A DNA stretch of 64,000 nucleotides from an uncultured Gemmatimonadales bacterium (lineage in GTDB: Bacteria; Gemmatimonadota; Gemmatimonadetes; Longimicrobiales; Gaopeijiaceae), in the NCBI GenBank assembly GCA_963809895.1, contig CAWELD010000010.1, forward strand, positions 384,001 through 448,000. Reading direction: 5' to 3'. Below are positions 30,201-39,880 of the stretch, one piece after another. Every line of letters begins with the position of its first letter. The stretch's first letter is position 1. Position numbers and translations under genes: made by a program. Below the pieces are notes generated by a model. That model had not been told where the DNA came from and made no database searches. It saw only the letters and a program-made list of their open reading frames with translations.

Positions 30201-30314
30201 CCCTTCCACAACGTCGTCAAGCTCCGTGGCCCACTGGTTCTGGAGCCCCGGGACGTGGATCGCTTCCTGGGCGAGCTCGACGCGGTGCTACACGAGAGCC
30301 CGCTCCGCCGCTGA
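27255..30314 (+). CDS. Fusion of APH-like kinase, M23-like domain and class III PLP aminotransferase/phospholyase
   Basis: 'IHADANDHN' and 'DFGD'; 'HIGVD', 'LYGHL' and 'PHLH'; 'NNVAHVGH', 'ADEVQTGFGR' and 'LGKP'. Confidence 0.88.
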   Translation: MTDMRGPGGFGADEARALLPDLYGVDGSVTPLPGDLDDNFAVVEPDGARSVLKVMHAGASVRDVELQVAVLRHLARARLRLAVPDVLPTSAGDDMGRVQDRDGRERLVWRSSWLRGRPLSEVAPRSEQLLEHLGASLGELDRALADFSHPAAGQRHLRWDPARPGWLSEEVSDMADPELRRLVREVTDRFGHLDDLLKALPLQVIHADANDHNLLVDEDPEPTRVVGLFDFGDLIGTRRVCEPAIAAAYAAFGSSDPIGVAARLARGYHLAFPLTPPELDAFVPLMAVRLAISLVFSDRRRRERPGDAYVTVSEDGARTTLALLLEVHPRLAAARLRRACGFAVNDRAPAVEAWLDDPDRDFAPVLGEPLEPGDWTLIDLSVGSLMLGADPTNLRCEPCGQLIEDVMRARGARVGVGRWNEARAIYLGPAFAAGDHAIDEHRTIHIGVDLFAPAGTPVHAPLDGVVASAGEHPEAGDYGPVILLEHRTDQGDPFWTLYGHLDRASLDDMTPGRAVAAGERFASLGAPPVNGDWPPHLHLQLVLDPLDRGHDVPGVAAPRERGAWTALSPDPSRLAGLPAGAASAPQPDADELLERRRRHLGPNLSVSYRRPLHLVRGWRQFLYDADGRGYLDLYNNVAHVGHSHPVVAEAVARQTALLATNTRYLDENLLRYMERLTATLPPQLEVGWVLNSASEANELALRLARAHTGRRDVIVLEAGYHGHTTTLIDVSAYKFAGPGGEGAPPWVRVAPLPDTYRGPFRRDVPDAGARYAAAVGDVVDDMVAAGRPPGAFLAETFPSVGGQIVPPDGYLRHVYRRVRAAGGVCIADEVQTGFGRLGEAFWGFEIQDVAPDVVVLGKPAANGFPLGVVVTTRAIAESFDTGMEFFSTFGGNPVACAAGLAVLQVLEDEGLQENARTVGARLRRGLQELRARHPLLGDVRGMGLFQGIELVREGDALEPAAREARYVVDRLRERGVLTGTDGPFHNVVKLRGPLVLEPRDVDRFLGELDAVLHESPLRR

Positions 30315-30387
30315 GCCACGGACCTCGCCCGGGGGCAGGGGCGTAGCAATCCGGCGGATCTCGAAGCACGAACCTCAGGAGTCTCGC

Positions 30388-31779
30388 GTGTCCGGTCGTC
30401 TCTCTGCCCTGTTGCTCGTCGCCGCGGTGGTTCTGTGCGTGGGGATCGCACGGCCGGTGCGTGCCCAGACTGCGGAGGGCTTCCGGATCCCCGACCTGCC
30501 CGTGGACACCTTCAGCCTGTCCAACGGCCTCCGGGTGGTGGTCTCCGAGGATCACTCGACCCCCGTGGTGGCGGTGAATATGTGGTACTACGTGGGCAGC
30601 GCCCACGAGGAGGTCGGCCGCTCGGGATTCGCCCATCTCTTCGAGCACATGTTCTTCGAGGAGACGGAGCACCTGGCCCGCGGCGACATGGATCGCCTGG
30701 TGAACCGCGCCGGCGGGATCTACAACGGCACCACCAACACCGACCGCACCGCCTATTTCGAGGTGCTGCCCGCCAACCGCGTGAACCTCGCCCTGTGGCT
30801 CCACGCCGAGCGCATGGCCCGTCTGCGGGTGAGTCGGGAGAACTTCGAGAACCAACGGAGCGTGGTGAAGGAAGAGCGCCGGATGCGCATCGACAACCAG
30901 CCCTACGCCGTCGCACAGCTCACGGTGGACACGCTGGCGGAGCGCGACTATCCGCCCTACCGCCACACCGTCATCGGCTCCATGGACGATCTGGACGCGG
31001 CCTCGGTAGCCGACGCCCAGGCCTTCTACCAGCGCTACTACGCCCCCAATCACGCCGTGCTCACCGTCGTGGGTGACGTGACCGTCGACGAGGTGCGGGA
31101 GCTGGCCGAGACCTACCTGGGCGGAATCCCCCGGGGCCCGGAGCTGCCGCCGCTCCCCGCTCCGCCGGCGATCCCCCGCAGCGACGGTGAGCGCCGGGCG
31201 GAGATCGACGCGCCCCTGGCCCAGCTCCCCCTCCTGTGGATGGCCTTCAACCTGCCTCCGGCCGGAAGCCCGGACCACTACGCGCTTCGCCTGCTGTCGG
31301 AGATCTTCTCCACCGGAGAGAGCTCCCGTCTCCGCCAGCGACTGGTGGACCGGGAGCAGGCGGCGCTGGACGTGATCTCGCAGGTGGACCAGCGCGTCGG
31401 TCCGGGGCTCATTCTCTTCGGCGCGATTCCCAATCAGGGCGTGGGAGTGGACCGTCTCGAGGCGTTGATGCAGGACGAGATCCAGCGGCTGCAGCAGGAG
31501 GGGGTGAGCGACCGGGAGCTGGACAAGGCGAAGAACCAGGTGCGAGCACAGGCGGTAACCGATCGCATGACCGTGCAGAGCAAGGCTTCGCTCCTGCAGA
31601 GCCTCGCGCTCTACCAGGGATCCCCCCTCGCCGTGAACCACGAACTGGCACGCTACGAAGAGGTGACCGCCGCCGACGTGCGGCGGGTGGCGCGGACGTA
31701 CCTGGTGCCGCCCAACGAGACCGTGGTCGTGGCCCGGCCCCCGACCTCGGCGGGTGGCGGAGAAGGGGGGCGGCCATGA
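30388..31779 (+). CDS. M16B zinc peptidase, catalytic subunit
   Basis: Signal peptide, 'SGFAHLFEH' (HxxEH), 'NGTTNTDRTAY' and 'VVKEERR'. Confidence 0.92.
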   Translation: MSGRLSALLLVAAVVLCVGIARPVRAQTAEGFRIPDLPVDTFSLSNGLRVVVSEDHSTPVVAVNMWYYVGSAHEEVGRSGFAHLFEHMFFEETEHLARGDMDRLVNRAGGIYNGTTNTDRTAYFEVLPANRVNLALWLHAERMARLRVSRENFENQRSVVKEERRMRIDNQPYAVAQLTVDTLAERDYPPYRHTVIGSMDDLDAASVADAQAFYQRYYAPNHAVLTVVGDVTVDEVRELAETYLGGIPRGPELPPLPAPPAIPRSDGERRAEIDAPLAQLPLLWMAFNLPPAGSPDHYALRLLSEIFSTGESSRLRQRLVDREQAALDVISQVDQRVGPGLILFGAIPNQGVGVDRLEALMQDEIQRLQQEGVSDRELDKAKNQVRAQAVTDRMTVQSKASLLQSLALYQGSPLAVNHELARYEEVTAADVRRVARTYLVPPNETVVVARPPTSAGGGEGGRP

Positions 31780-33857
31780 GGCCCGGAAGGGGTGGGCGCG
31801 CTGTGGTCGGGACGCTCGCCGCCTGTCTCGCCTGCGCCCGGGCGCTGGCGGCCCAGGCGACGCCCCCGCCACCCCTTCCGCTCGATCGGGTGGAGCTCCC
31901 CCGGTTCCAGGAGCGGAAGCTGGCCAGCGGTGCGCAGCTGATCGTGGTTCCGCAGCACGAGGTCCCCTTCGTCACCGTCAATCTGGTCCTTCCCGGAGGG
32001 AGCGTGGTCGATCCGCCGGGCGCGGAGGGCGTGGCGAGCTTCACCGCGCAGCTCCTCACCCGCGGCACCTCCACACGCAGCAAGGACGAGCTGGCCGACG
32101 CCGTGGACTTCCTGGGAGCCACCCTGAGCGCCTCGGCCTCGGACGACTGGTCCACGGTGTCCCTGGGGGTGGTGACCCCCGAGTTGGACCGGGGACTCGC
32201 CCTCATGGCCGACGCCGTGCTGCACCCCTCGTTTCCGGCCGATGAACTGGCCCTTCTGCGGACCCGTACGCTGTCGGCGCTTCAGGTGCAGCTCAGCCAA
32301 CCCGATGCCCTGGCGTCACGGGCGTTCACCCGGACGGTCTACGGCGACCATCCCTACGGGCGCCTGGTGACTCCCACGTCGGTCCAGGCGGTGGACCGGG
32401 CGGCCGTGGAGACCTATCACGAGGCCTGGTACCGGCCTACGGAGGCGCTCTTCGTGGTGGCGGGCGACGTGGAGGTGGAGGACGTGGCACGCCGCATCGA
32501 CGGTGCGTTCGCCGGGTGGGAAGCCGCCCCCCTGCCCGAGCGCCACTACCCGGAGCCGCCGGGGCGCGTCCAGCCGCGGGTCGTGGTGGTGCATCGGCCC
32601 GGAGCGGTGCAGTCCGAGGTGCGCGTCGGCGAGCTGCTGCCGGCAGGTCGCTTGCCCGACTGGACCGCGCTCAGCGTCGCCAACCAACTCCTGGGCGGGG
32701 GCCCCTCGGGACGGCTCTTCCGGGTGCTCCGCGAGGAGCGGGGGTACACCTACGGAGCCTCCTCCAGCGTGACGCGCCGCCGGGACCGGGGCGTGTTCAC
32801 GGCGAGCATGGCCGTGCGCACCGAGGTCACCGGCCAGGCCGTGGGCGCCATGCTGCAGCTCATCCAGGAGCTGGGCACGGATTCCGTGCCGGTCTCCGAG
32901 ATCCGGGACACGAAGGACTTTCTGGTGGGCTCGTTTCCGCTCCAGATCGAGACTCCCCAGCAGGTGGCGGCGCAGCTCACCAGTGGCCGGCTCCTGGGTC
33001 TGCCCGACGATGCCCTGGAGACCTACCGGGACCGGGTCGAGGCGCTCGATGGGGCCGCGGTGCGCAGGGCGGCCGCCCGCTACCTCGATCCCCAGCAGCT
33101 TCTGGTGGTGGTGGCGGGCGACGCCACGCGTGTCCGCGACCAGCTCGCCACGCTGGGGCACGTACAGGTGGTGGACGCCGAGGGGGCGCCGCTCACCCTG
33201 GCGGACCTGACACCGCAACGGCGCTCGGAGGTGCTGGACGCCTCGTCGCTGGAGCCGGTCTCCCTGACGTACAACGTGGTGATCCAGGGCAACCTGGTGG
33301 GCACCGCCGAACGCACCCTCACGCGACCGGAGCCCGGCCAGCTCCGCTACGCGAGCCAGGTGAAGGCCGGTCCCCAGTCGGTGTCCCAGGACGTGGTGGT
33401 GAGCGACGCCCTGCAGCTGATCTCCAGCCGCAACGAGATCTCGGTCCAGGGACAGACGCTGAGCATCAGCGCGCACCGTGAGGGCGAACGCCTGACGGGC
33501 ACCGTGTCACTGCCCGGTCAGGGAGAGCAGCCGCTCAGCATGGACGTTCCCGCCGACGTGGTCGTCTCGGACATGGTGGAGCTGGCCCTGTGGGTCGCGG
33601 AGCTGGAGGTGGGCAAGCGCATTCGCCTGCCCATGGCGGTGCTGCAGAGCCAGTCGCTGGAGAACGTGACGTTGGAGGTGAAGGAGCGGACCCAGGTCAC
33701 GGTGCCGGCCGGCACCTTCGACGTCTTCCGCGTCGAGATGAGCGGCGCCGAGGCGCAGACGTTCTGGGTGCGGGCGCAGGCGCCTCACCGCGTGGTGCGT
33801 ATCGAGGCCACGGGACAGCCGGTGGCCCTGGAGCTGGCGGAGGTCGGTGGCGGCTGA
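31776..33857 (+). CDS. M16B partner subunit (no HxxEH) with extra C-terminal beta domain (DUF3108-like)
   Basis: 'LLTRGT' and 'RLFRVLREERGYTYG'; C-terminal 'VTVPAGTFDVFRV'. ATGA coupling with the catalytic subunit. Confidence 0.85.
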   Translation: MRPGRGGRAVVGTLAACLACARALAAQATPPPPLPLDRVELPRFQERKLASGAQLIVVPQHEVPFVTVNLVLPGGSVVDPPGAEGVASFTAQLLTRGTSTRSKDELADAVDFLGATLSASASDDWSTVSLGVVTPELDRGLALMADAVLHPSFPADELALLRTRTLSALQVQLSQPDALASRAFTRTVYGDHPYGRLVTPTSVQAVDRAAVETYHEAWYRPTEALFVVAGDVEVEDVARRIDGAFAGWEAAPLPERHYPEPPGRVQPRVVVVHRPGAVQSEVRVGELLPAGRLPDWTALSVANQLLGGGPSGRLFRVLREERGYTYGASSSVTRRRDRGVFTASMAVRTEVTGQAVGAMLQLIQELGTDSVPVSEIRDTKDFLVGSFPLQIETPQQVAAQLTSGRLLGLPDDALETYRDRVEALDGAAVRRAAARYLDPQQLLVVVAGDATRVRDQLATLGHVQVVDAEGAPLTLADLTPQRRSEVLDASSLEPVSLTYNVVIQGNLVGTAERTLTRPEPGQLRYASQVKAGPQSVSQDVVVSDALQLISSRNEISVQGQTLSISAHREGERLTGTVSLPGQGEQPLSMDVPADVVVSDMVELALWVAELEVGKRIRLPMAVLQSQSLENVTLEVKERTQVTVPAGTFDVFRVEMSGAEAQTFWVRAQAPHRVVRIEATGQPVALELAEVGGG

Positions 33858-34887
33858 GGCCTCCGTACCGGCCCGGGGTGCGGCGCCGGCGGTCTCCGTG
33901 CTCCTGCCCGTTCGGGACGGCGCGGAGCACCTGGCGGCGTGCCTGGAATCCCTCCGGAGCCAGACGCTCGAGGACATGGAGATCCTCGCGGTGGACGACG
34001 GCTCCCGCGACGACACCCGGCGCCTGCTCCAGGCGTGGGCGGATGAAGACGCCCGCATTCGCGTGCTGCACCAGGATCCCCGGGGGATCGTGCCCGCCCT
34101 GGAGCGCGCCCGCGCCGAGGCCGCCGCCCCCCTGCTGGCGCGCATGGACGCCGACGACGTGGCGTTGCCCGACCGTCTGGCCCGCCAGGTGGAGGCCATG
34201 TGCGCCAACCCCACCTGGGCCCTGTGTGGAACCGGGGTGCGTTACGTGCCCCGGGAGCTGGTGCGCGGGGGGGCCCGGAGATACGAGGCGTGGCTCAACG
34301 GCCTGCGCACGCCCGCAGCGCTGGAGAGGGACCTGTTCGTCGAGTGTCCTCTCGCCCATCCCACCTTCCTCATGCGGGCCGAGGCGGTTCGCGCGGTGGG
34401 TGGCTATCGCGACGAAGGCTGGCCCGAGGACTACGACCTGGTCCTGCGCCTGTGGTCGGCCGGCGCTCGCCTGGGAACGGTGCCGGAGGTTCTGCTGCAC
34501 TGGCGCGAGAGCGGCGATCGCCTCTCCAGAATCGACCCCCGCTACTCGCCCGAGGCCTTCCGCCGCTGCAAGGTGTACCATCTACGCCGGACCCTCCTGA
34601 CGGGACGGGACGGCGCCCTGGTGTGGGGCGCCGGACCCACCGGAAAGGCCTTCGCCCGCACGCTGACCCGGGCCGGCGTGGAGGTACGCGCCTTCGTGGA
34701 CCTGGACCCCCGCAAACTCGGACAGACGATTCACGGGGCGCCGGTGGTGCCCCCGAACGAGATCGACGCCTTCCGCGGCGCGTTGGCTCTGGCGGCCGTC
34801 GGCCAGGCCGGCGCCCGGGCCGAGATCCGGGCCGCCCTCGATGCCGCGGGGTGGCGTGAGGGGGTGGACTACGTGGCGGTGGCCTGA
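33847..34887 (+). CDS. GT2 family glycosyltransferase with C-terminal Rossmann-like domain
   Basis: 'VSVLLPVRD', 'VDDGSRD', 'ARMDADD', 'PEDYDL' and 'VWGAGPTGK'. Confidence 0.88.
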   Translation: MAAEASVPARGAAPAVSVLLPVRDGAEHLAACLESLRSQTLEDMEILAVDDGSRDDTRRLLQAWADEDARIRVLHQDPRGIVPALERARAEAAAPLLARMDADDVALPDRLARQVEAMCANPTWALCGTGVRYVPRELVRGGARRYEAWLNGLRTPAALERDLFVECPLAHPTFLMRAEAVRAVGGYRDEGWPEDYDLVLRLWSAGARLGTVPEVLLHWRESGDRLSRIDPRYSPEAFRRCKVYHLRRTLLTGRDGALVWGAGPTGKAFARTLTRAGVEVRAFVDLDPRKLGQTIHGAPVVPPNEIDAFRGALALAAVGQAGARAEIRAALDAAGWREGVDYVAVA

Positions 34888-34994
34888 TTCAGCGATGTTC
34901 CTCGAGGTGCCACCATTGCTAACATTGGCCGCGCCGGACCTGTCATCCGGATGAGGCCCTCCCGGTCGCATCGGCGACCCGCAAGCGACAGGAC

Positions 34995-37022
34995 ATGGAC
35001 CAGAAGACACCTCAGTCGGGCCTGAGCCAGTTCCTCTCCGAGCTCAAGCGTCGCCACGTGGGACGGGTGGCGATCGCGTACGCCGCGGTGGTCTTCGTGC
35101 TGCTGCAGGCGGCGGAGATCATCCTGCCGGCATTCTGGAGCTCCCGGCAGTCGGAGGCAGGGCTTCGCATCATCGTGGTGGCCTTCGTGCTGCTCCTGCC
35201 GGTGGTGCTGGCACTGGCCTGGGTGTACGAGATCACGCCGCAGGGGGTGCGGTCCATGGCGGCGCTGGACGCCGAGCACGGGCGGTCCGACGCCGGCGGC
35301 CGCCTGATGCCGCGGGTGGCGTTCCTGGTGGTCACGATCCTGGCGGCCATGGGCGCCGGGCTGTGGTGGTTCCGCACCGATCAGGCGACGGTGACGGAGC
35401 TGGAGGGGCGCCGCCGTCAGCAGCCGACCCCGACCTTCATGGCGGCGAGCACCACCGATCCGTCGGGGCCCATCCGCTCGCTGGCCGTGCTTCCGCTGGA
35501 GAACTTCAGCCCCGACTCCGAGGGCTCGCAGGACTACTTCGTCGCGGGCATGCAGGAGGCGCTGATCTCGCAGTTGAGCCAGATCACCGCGTTCCGCGTC
35601 ATCTCGCGCACCACCGTGCTCCAGTACGATGCCACCGGAAAGTCGATTCCCCAGATCGGGCAGGATCTGGGCGTGGACGCGGTGGTGGAGGGGTCGGTGC
35701 TCCGGGCCGACGGCCGGGTGCGCATCACCGTGCAGCTCGTCCACGCCCCCTCGGACACCCACATCTGGGCCCGGGACTACGAGCGGGACTTCGGCGACGT
35801 CATCGCCCTGCAGCGTGAGGTGGCCCAGGCCATCGCGAACGAGATCCAGACCCGCCTCGAAGAGCGGCAGGCCGCCGGTGAGGACCAGGCCGCCGCGGAC
35901 CACGTGGCGGCCGCCCAGCCCGAGGCGCCCCCCACCACGGCCGGCAAGGAAGCGACCCTCACCGCCGCTCCTCCGGCCCCGGCGGCCCCCGAGGTCCAGG
36001 ACGCCTTCCTGCGCGGCCGCTTCGCCCTCACCCAGGGGTCTCCCGAGGCGGTGGAGGAGGCGCAGCGGCGCTTCGGCGAGGCCCTGAGCCTCGACTCCAC
36101 CTTCACGCCGGCCCTGGTGGGGTTGGCGGGCACCTGGCTGGTGGAGGGCGTCGCCGGTGATTCCGTCTCGCTGCCCCGCCTCATCGAAGCACGCAGGCTG
36201 GCCCAGCGGGCCCTGGAGCAGGACCCCACCAGCACCGAGGCCGAAGAGGTGATGACCAGCGTGTCGCAGGCGCTGGCGGACTACGGACAGCGGGTGGCGG
36301 AGCAGGCTGCGGCCCAGACGTCTCGCATCCGCGTGCAGACGCTGGCGGGTGACTCGGTCATGATCGTCACCCCGGACGACTCCATGCGCATCTCCCGCAC
36401 ACGCTTCGCGCCGGTGGCCACGGAATTCGGCGGGCTCCTGCAGACCGCGCTGGCTCGCCGGGATTCGGCCCAGGACGGGGCCGAGTCCTCGCTGCGCGGA
36501 CTCCGCAGACTCGAGGCCGCGGGACACTTCCACGACGCGCGGCGACGCGCCGAGGAGGCGGTGGCCCGGTTCCCGGAGAACGAGGAGCTCATGGACGAGT
36601 TGGAGCGCATCCAGGCGCTGACGGGCCAACTCGATGCGGCACTCGCCACCCGTCGCATGCGGCAAGCGCGCTTCGGCCCGGGCGCGGGCCCCGATGCCGA
36701 CGACCTGGCGGACGCCGTGGACGCGGACGGAGCCGCCGGCTACTGGTCGTGGCGTCTCCGGGATCTCCGTGCGAGAGCCGACGCCGGCGAGACGGTCTCA
36801 CCGGTCTGGGAGGGGGAGGCGCTGGCGTCTCTCGGGCGCAACGACGAGGCGCTGGCGGCCCTGGAGCGGGCCCGGGCAGCCCGCGATCCCCACCTCTTCA
36901 CCCTGCGGGCGAATCCAGTGTGGGATTCCCTGCGCTCGGACCCCCGCTTCCAGAGCTTCCTGGGCTCGTTGCGTCCCGACCGTTCGACCTCCGGCCGACA
37001 GGGGCCTCGCGGAGGGCTGTGA
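34995..37022 (+). CDS. Membrane-anchored TolB-like/TPR protein
   Basis: N-terminal 'ELKRRHV' plus 3 TMs, 'SLAVLPLENFS...YFVAGMQEALISQL...VISRTT...VRITVQL', TPR-like helices and 'LRSDPRF'. Confidence 0.8.
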   Translation: MDQKTPQSGLSQFLSELKRRHVGRVAIAYAAVVFVLLQAAEIILPAFWSSRQSEAGLRIIVVAFVLLLPVVLALAWVYEITPQGVRSMAALDAEHGRSDAGGRLMPRVAFLVVTILAAMGAGLWWFRTDQATVTELEGRRRQQPTPTFMAASTTDPSGPIRSLAVLPLENFSPDSEGSQDYFVAGMQEALISQLSQITAFRVISRTTVLQYDATGKSIPQIGQDLGVDAVVEGSVLRADGRVRITVQLVHAPSDTHIWARDYERDFGDVIALQREVAQAIANEIQTRLEERQAAGEDQAAADHVAAAQPEAPPTTAGKEATLTAAPPAPAAPEVQDAFLRGRFALTQGSPEAVEEAQRRFGEALSLDSTFTPALVGLAGTWLVEGVAGDSVSLPRLIEARRLAQRALEQDPTSTEAEEVMTSVSQALADYGQRVAEQAAAQTSRIRVQTLAGDSVMIVTPDDSMRISRTRFAPVATEFGGLLQTALARRDSAQDGAESSLRGLRRLEAAGHFHDARRRAEEAVARFPENEELMDELERIQALTGQLDAALATRRMRQARFGPGAGPDADDLADAVDADGAAGYWSWRLRDLRARADAGETVSPVWEGEALASLGRNDEALAALERARAARDPHLFTLRANPVWDSLRSDPRFQSFLGSLRPDRSTSGRQGPRGGL

Positions 37023-37267
37023 GACCGGCTTCGGGCGCCTTCGCCGAAGCCCTCAAATCCCGAAAAACAACGCTGCTCCACGGCTTGCTCCGAGGGGCTG
37101 AGGTGCGTTATTTTTCAATGATTTCTGGCCTCCCTCCCCGGGGCCGTCCGGGGGGGATGCTTTCCGATGTTTTCGAGGCGTCGGAAGGGCGGGGGCCGCC
37201 CACCCCTCCATAACGTCGGCGCACCGGGTTTTCGAGCCTTGCGCGCGGGCGTGCGAAAGGCTTCGGT

Positions 37268-39880
37268 ATGGCCGACGATCAGGATATCCTGAACGAGCGA
37301 GACGAGGACGGAGGAGGAGGACCGCGGGTCCTCCTCCGTCTCCTGGAAGACGAGATGCGCGAGTCGTTCATCGACTACTCGATGAGCGTCATCGTACAGA
37401 GGGCCCTCCCCGACGTCAGGGACGGCCTCAAGCCCGTGCACCGGCGTATCCTCTTCGCCATGCACGAGATCGGCCTGTCGCCGGGCCGTGCGTACAAGAA
37501 GAGCGCCACCGTGGTGGGTGACGTGCTGGGCAAGTACCACCCCCACGGTGACTCGGCGGTCTACGACTCCATGGTGCGCATGGTGCAGGACTTCTCGTTG
37601 CGCTACCCGCTGGTGGACGGCCAGGGCAACTTCGGCTCCATCGACGGGGACTCCGCGGCGGCGTACCGGTACACCGAAGCCCGCCTGACCTCGCTGGCCA
37701 CCGAGCTCCTCGAGGACATCGACAAGGAGACGGTCGACTTCGTTCCCAACTTCGACGGTCAGCGCAACGAGCCCACCGTGCTGCCGGCGAAGGCGCCCAA
37801 CCTCCTCATCAACGGGAGCAGCGGCATCGCGGTGGGGATGGCCACCAACATCCCTCCGCACAACCTGCGCGAGGTCGTGAACGCGTGCATCGCCCTGATC
37901 GCGGATCCCCAGCTTCCGCAGGAGGAGCTGGAGGTCCTGGTGAAGGGACCCGACTTCCCGACCGGCGCCTACATCTGCGGACGGGACGGCATCCTCGACG
38001 CCTACCGCACCGGGCGGGGTCGGATCGTCATGCGTGCCCGTACCGACGTGGAAGAGGACCCACGCGGGGGCGAGCGCATCGTGGTGACCGAGCTCCCCTT
38101 CCAGGTCAACAAGTCGCGGCTGGTCGAGCAGATCGCCCAGCTCGTGCGGGACAAGAAGATCTCAGAGATCCGGGATCTGCGCGACGAGTCCGACCGCCAG
38201 GGCATGCGGGTCGTGGTGGAGCTCAAGCGCGACGCCATCCCCCACATCGTGCTGAACAAGCTGTTCAAGCACACGCAGATGCAGTCCACCTTCGGGACCA
38301 TTCTGCTCGCGCTTGTCGACGGCGTGCCGAAGGTCATGGGGCTCCGTGAGATCCTCCTGCATTTCCTGGAGCACCGCCACGAAGTGGTGGTCCGCCGCAG
38401 CGAATACGAGCTCGGCAAGGCCAAGGATCGGGAGCACATCCTCGAGGGCCTGAAGATCGCCGTCGACAACATCGACGAGGTCATCAAGCTCATCCGGGCC
38501 TCCCGCGACACCGACGAGGCATCGCAGGGACTGCAGGAGACCTTCGGGCTCTCGGAGCGCCAGGCCAAGGCGATCCTGGACATGCGCCTGGCTCGCCTCA
38601 CCGGCCTCGAGATGGAGAAGCTGGAGGAGGAGCTGGCGCAGGTGCGGGCCACCATCGCCGAGTTGGAGTCGATCCTGGCTTCGCGCGAGAAGCGCATGGA
38701 GATCATCGCCGACGAGCTTCGGGGCCTGGTCGACAAGCACGGTGACGAGCGTCGCTCGGAAATCATCGGGTCCACCGGCGACTTCAACATGGAGGACCTC
38801 ATCCCCGACGACGACATGGTCCTGACCGTGTCGCACCAGGGCTACGTGAAGCGTCTGGGCGTGGACACCTACCGGTCCCAACGTCGGGGCGGCCGCGGGC
38901 TCCAGGGGATGAACACCAAGGACGAGGACTGGGTCGAGCATCTGTTCGTGGCATCGGCCCACGACACCCTCATGATCTTCACGCGCCGCGGCCAGTGCTA
39001 CTGGCTCAAGGTGTGGCAGATCCCGGAGGGCAGCCGCCACGCCCGCGGCAAGCCCATCGTGAACCTGGTGACCATGGAGGGCGACGAGGAGATCGCCGCC
39101 GTGGTGCCGGTGCGTGAGTTCGCCGACGACCGCTACCTCATGTTCGCCACCCGCAACGGAGTGGTGAAGAAGACGGCGCTGTCGGCGTATTCGAACATCC
39201 GCTCGGTGGGCCTCAACGCCATCAACATCCGCGAAGGCGACTACCTCATCGACGTGCAGATCACCGACGGTGACCACGAGATCATTCTGGCGACCCGCCG
39301 CGGCATGGCCATCCGCTTCAACGAAGACGATGCCCGCGCCATGGGGCGGGCCACCGAGGGGGTGAGGGGGATTCGCCTCAAGGGTGACGACGTCGTCGTC
39401 GGAATGGTGGTGGTCCGCGAGGGCGCGAACCTCCTGGTGGTCACCGAGAAGGGCATGGGCAAGCGCACCGACGTCGACGCCTACCGGCTCCAGGGTCGTG
39501 GCGGGCAGGGGGTCATCAATATCAAGACCTCCGAAAAGACCGGACGCGTCGTGTCCATCAAGGGTGTGACCGATGAGGAGCAGCTCATGTTCATCACCCG
39601 CAACGGCGTGGTGAACCGACAGAGCGTGGCCGAGATCCGCACCATCGGCCGGGCCACGCAGGGCGTGCGCCTGGTCAACCTCGACGAGGGCGACACGGTG
39701 ATGGACGTGGCCCGCGTCGTCCTGGACGACGAAGACGAAGAGGAGATGGAAGGCGAAGACGGCGCCGTGGCGGAGGTGGACGGCGATCTGCCGGTGGAGT
39801 CGGGTGAGGCCGAGGACGCCGACGACGAGGGCGCCGACGACGAGGCTCCGGAGGACCCGGAGGAGGCACCGGAAGCGTGA
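37268..39880 (+). CDS. gyrA: DNA gyrase subunit A
   Basis: '[16 protein letters not shown]', '[10 protein letters not shown]', 'AAYRYTEA', GyrA box 'QRRGGRG' and an acidic tail. Confidence 0.98.
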   Translation: MADDQDILNERDEDGGGGPRVLLRLLEDEMRESFIDYSMSVIVQRALPDVRDGLKPVHRRILFAMHEIGLSPGRAYKKSATVVGDVLGKYHPHGDSAVYDSMVRMVQDFSLRYPLVDGQGNFGSIDGDSAAAYRYTEARLTSLATELLEDIDKETVDFVPNFDGQRNEPTVLPAKAPNLLINGSSGIAVGMATNIPPHNLREVVNACIALIADPQLPQEELEVLVKGPDFPTGAYICGRDGILDAYRTGRGRIVMRARTDVEEDPRGGERIVVTELPFQVNKSRLVEQIAQLVRDKKISEIRDLRDESDRQGMRVVVELKRDAIPHIVLNKLFKHTQMQSTFGTILLALVDGVPKVMGLREILLHFLEHRHEVVVRRSEYELGKAKDREHILEGLKIAVDNIDEVIKLIRASRDTDEASQGLQETFGLSERQAKAILDMRLARLTGLEMEKLEEELAQVRATIAELESILASREKRMEIIADELRGLVDKHGDERRSEIIGSTGDFNMEDLIPDDDMVLTVSHQGYVKRLGVDTYRSQRRGGRGLQGMNTKDEDWVEHLFVASAHDTLMIFTRRGQCYWLKVWQIPEGSRHARGKPIVNLVTMEGDEEIAAVVPVREFADDRYLMFATRNGVVKKTALSAYSNIRSVGLNAINIREGDYLIDVQITDGDHEIILATRRGMAIRFNEDDARAMGRATEGVRGIRLKGDDVVVGMVVVREGANLLVVTEKGMGKRTDVDAYRLQGRGGQGVINIKTSEKTGRVVSIKGVTDEEQLMFITRNGVVNRQSVAEIRTIGRATQGVRLVNLDEGDTVMDVARVVLDDEDEEEMEGEDGAVAEVDGDLPVESGEAEDADDEGADDEAPEDPEEAPEA

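Noticed and set aside
27057..30209. 1050-aa antisense ORF and similar long antisense ORFs elsewhere
   Set aside because: Mirror frames of GC-rich genes with no recognisable motifs.
34948..34965. Fluoride-riboswitch- or hammerhead-like 'GGATGAGGCCC'
   Set aside because: There is no downstream pseudoknot partner (GCCTC/CTAC) and no CUGAUGA/GAAA core.
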